Source: Octopus sinensis (lineage: Eukaryota). Taken from it: a stretch of DNA of 64,000 nt. Where the stretch lies: NCBI RefSeq assembly GCF_006345805.1, contig NC_043000.1, positions 73,160,001 to 73,224,000 on the forward strand, in the 5' to 3' direction. The notes beneath the pieces were generated by a model. That model was not told where the DNA came from. It was given only the letters and a program-made list of their open reading frames with translations, and did no database searches. The translations under genes and the position numbers were made by a program. Below are positions 62,960 through 64,000 of this stretch, piece after piece. The number at the start of each line of letters is the position of its first letter. The stretch's first letter is position 1.

Positions 62960-63584
62960 TCTATATATATAAAACTGTAGTTGTGTGAGTGTCTGTCCCC
63001 TTCGATTTAGATTCCTAACTACTCCCACATTTTGCGGTACAGTTTAACCAAATTTGGGTAGCTTATAGTCGTGATTCATATCGAGCCCGTCTGAATATTA
63101 GCGCGCGTCTACGATGAGTCTACGATTTTAAAAATAATTTAACATCATTTTTTATTCCATTTTAATGCATAAATTTTCGTGTGTCGATGGCGGCGGAGTT
63201 GGCGTCCACGCTCACACCTGCACCTGTGGGGAAGGGAGTGTAAGGAAATCAACGTCGTAATGCGTTGTCAAGGAGACCAGTGTTCTTTTAGAACAACGAC
63301 TTCATGGCTTGAAGACACCAAAACAGAAATGGCTAAGAAAGCGTCTACATGAGTCTACGATTTAAAAAAAAATTTACCATCGTTTTTTTTCCATTTTAAT
63401 GCATTTTTTCGCTATTATATAAGGGAAGTAACTCTCTAAAAATGTCTACGATGAGTCAACGATTTTTAAAAAAATTTACCATCATATTTTTTCCATTTTT
63501 TGCTATTTTTTGGCTATAACTCTCTAAAAATGCTTATATAGTTATTTCCCTTACAAACCCGAGCAACGCCGGGCGATACTGCTA

Positions 63585-63585
<1 letters not shown>
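62960..63585 (+). mobile_element. Non-autonomous Helitron-like element
   Basis: A|TCTATATATATAAAA ... CCCGAGCAACGCCGGG-CGATACTG-CTAG|T: A/T insertion site, 3' hairpin and CTAG end. Confidence 0.82.
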
Positions 63586-63586
<1 letters not shown>

Positions 63587-63622
<36 letters not shown>

Positions 63623-64000
63623 AAGTTTATATGTATGTATCCGTCTATATAATAGGTAACTGCACGTACATATACTTAATATTTATTATTTATTTTTTGA
63701 GTATGCATGTACGAATAACTGCGCGTATATATATTTTACTATTTACTTATTTTTTGAGTATGCATGCAAGTATGAATATAAGGAGGCGCGTGTGTGTGTG
63801 TGTGTGTGTATGTGTAAGCATAGATATATGTATACTTTTACGCATGTGTGTACTTATGTGTATATATGGATGCGCGCATGTATGTGTGTGTGTATGGGTA
63901 CGCATGTACATGTGTATGTGCGTGTAGTGTATATATATGTATATGTGTGTGTATGCGTATGTGTGTGTATATATATGTATGTATGTATGTGTGTGTGTAT
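63587..64000. repeat. Compound TA/TG microsatellite
   Basis: Simple repeats to the window end. Confidence 0.85.

Overview
AT-rich, microsatellite- and transposon-dense animal DNA. The repeat landscape suggests a coleoid cephalopod (Octopus-like); this is inference only. Two host genes lie convergently. The last two coding exons of an OSTF1 homologue are on + (2078-2167, 4824-4882). A complete 4-exon DIPK2A/C3orf58 (DIA1) divergent-kinase gene is on - (CDS 56454->18977, 404 aa, all introns GT-AG and phase-compatible). The rest is mostly decayed mobile DNA: RTE LINEs (one near full length), two CR1-like families, a Tx1/L1-like LINE, many Penelope-like (PLE) fragments, tRNA-derived SINEs, hAT, Tc1, mariner and Helitron elements. 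The most notable signal is a set of type I hammerhead ribozyme (HHR) motifs. A 462-bp HHR-containing unit is arranged in tandem and inverted at 6072-7205, with an intact ribozyme on each strand and an inversion point in the HHR stem III loop (retrozyme/PLE pseudo-LTR-like). A second HHR with an intact core lies at 33371-33465, and several degenerate HHRs sit at PLE 3' ends or in fold-back palindromes. Other oddities: a variable-copy stem-loop array in the RTE 3' UTR, a PHD finger inside the RTE reverse transcriptase, a shared SINE/LINE 3' stem-loop, and a 1.27-kb fold-back carrying double ETS sites just upstream of the DIPK2A start codon. All structures were paired by eye and none was computed.
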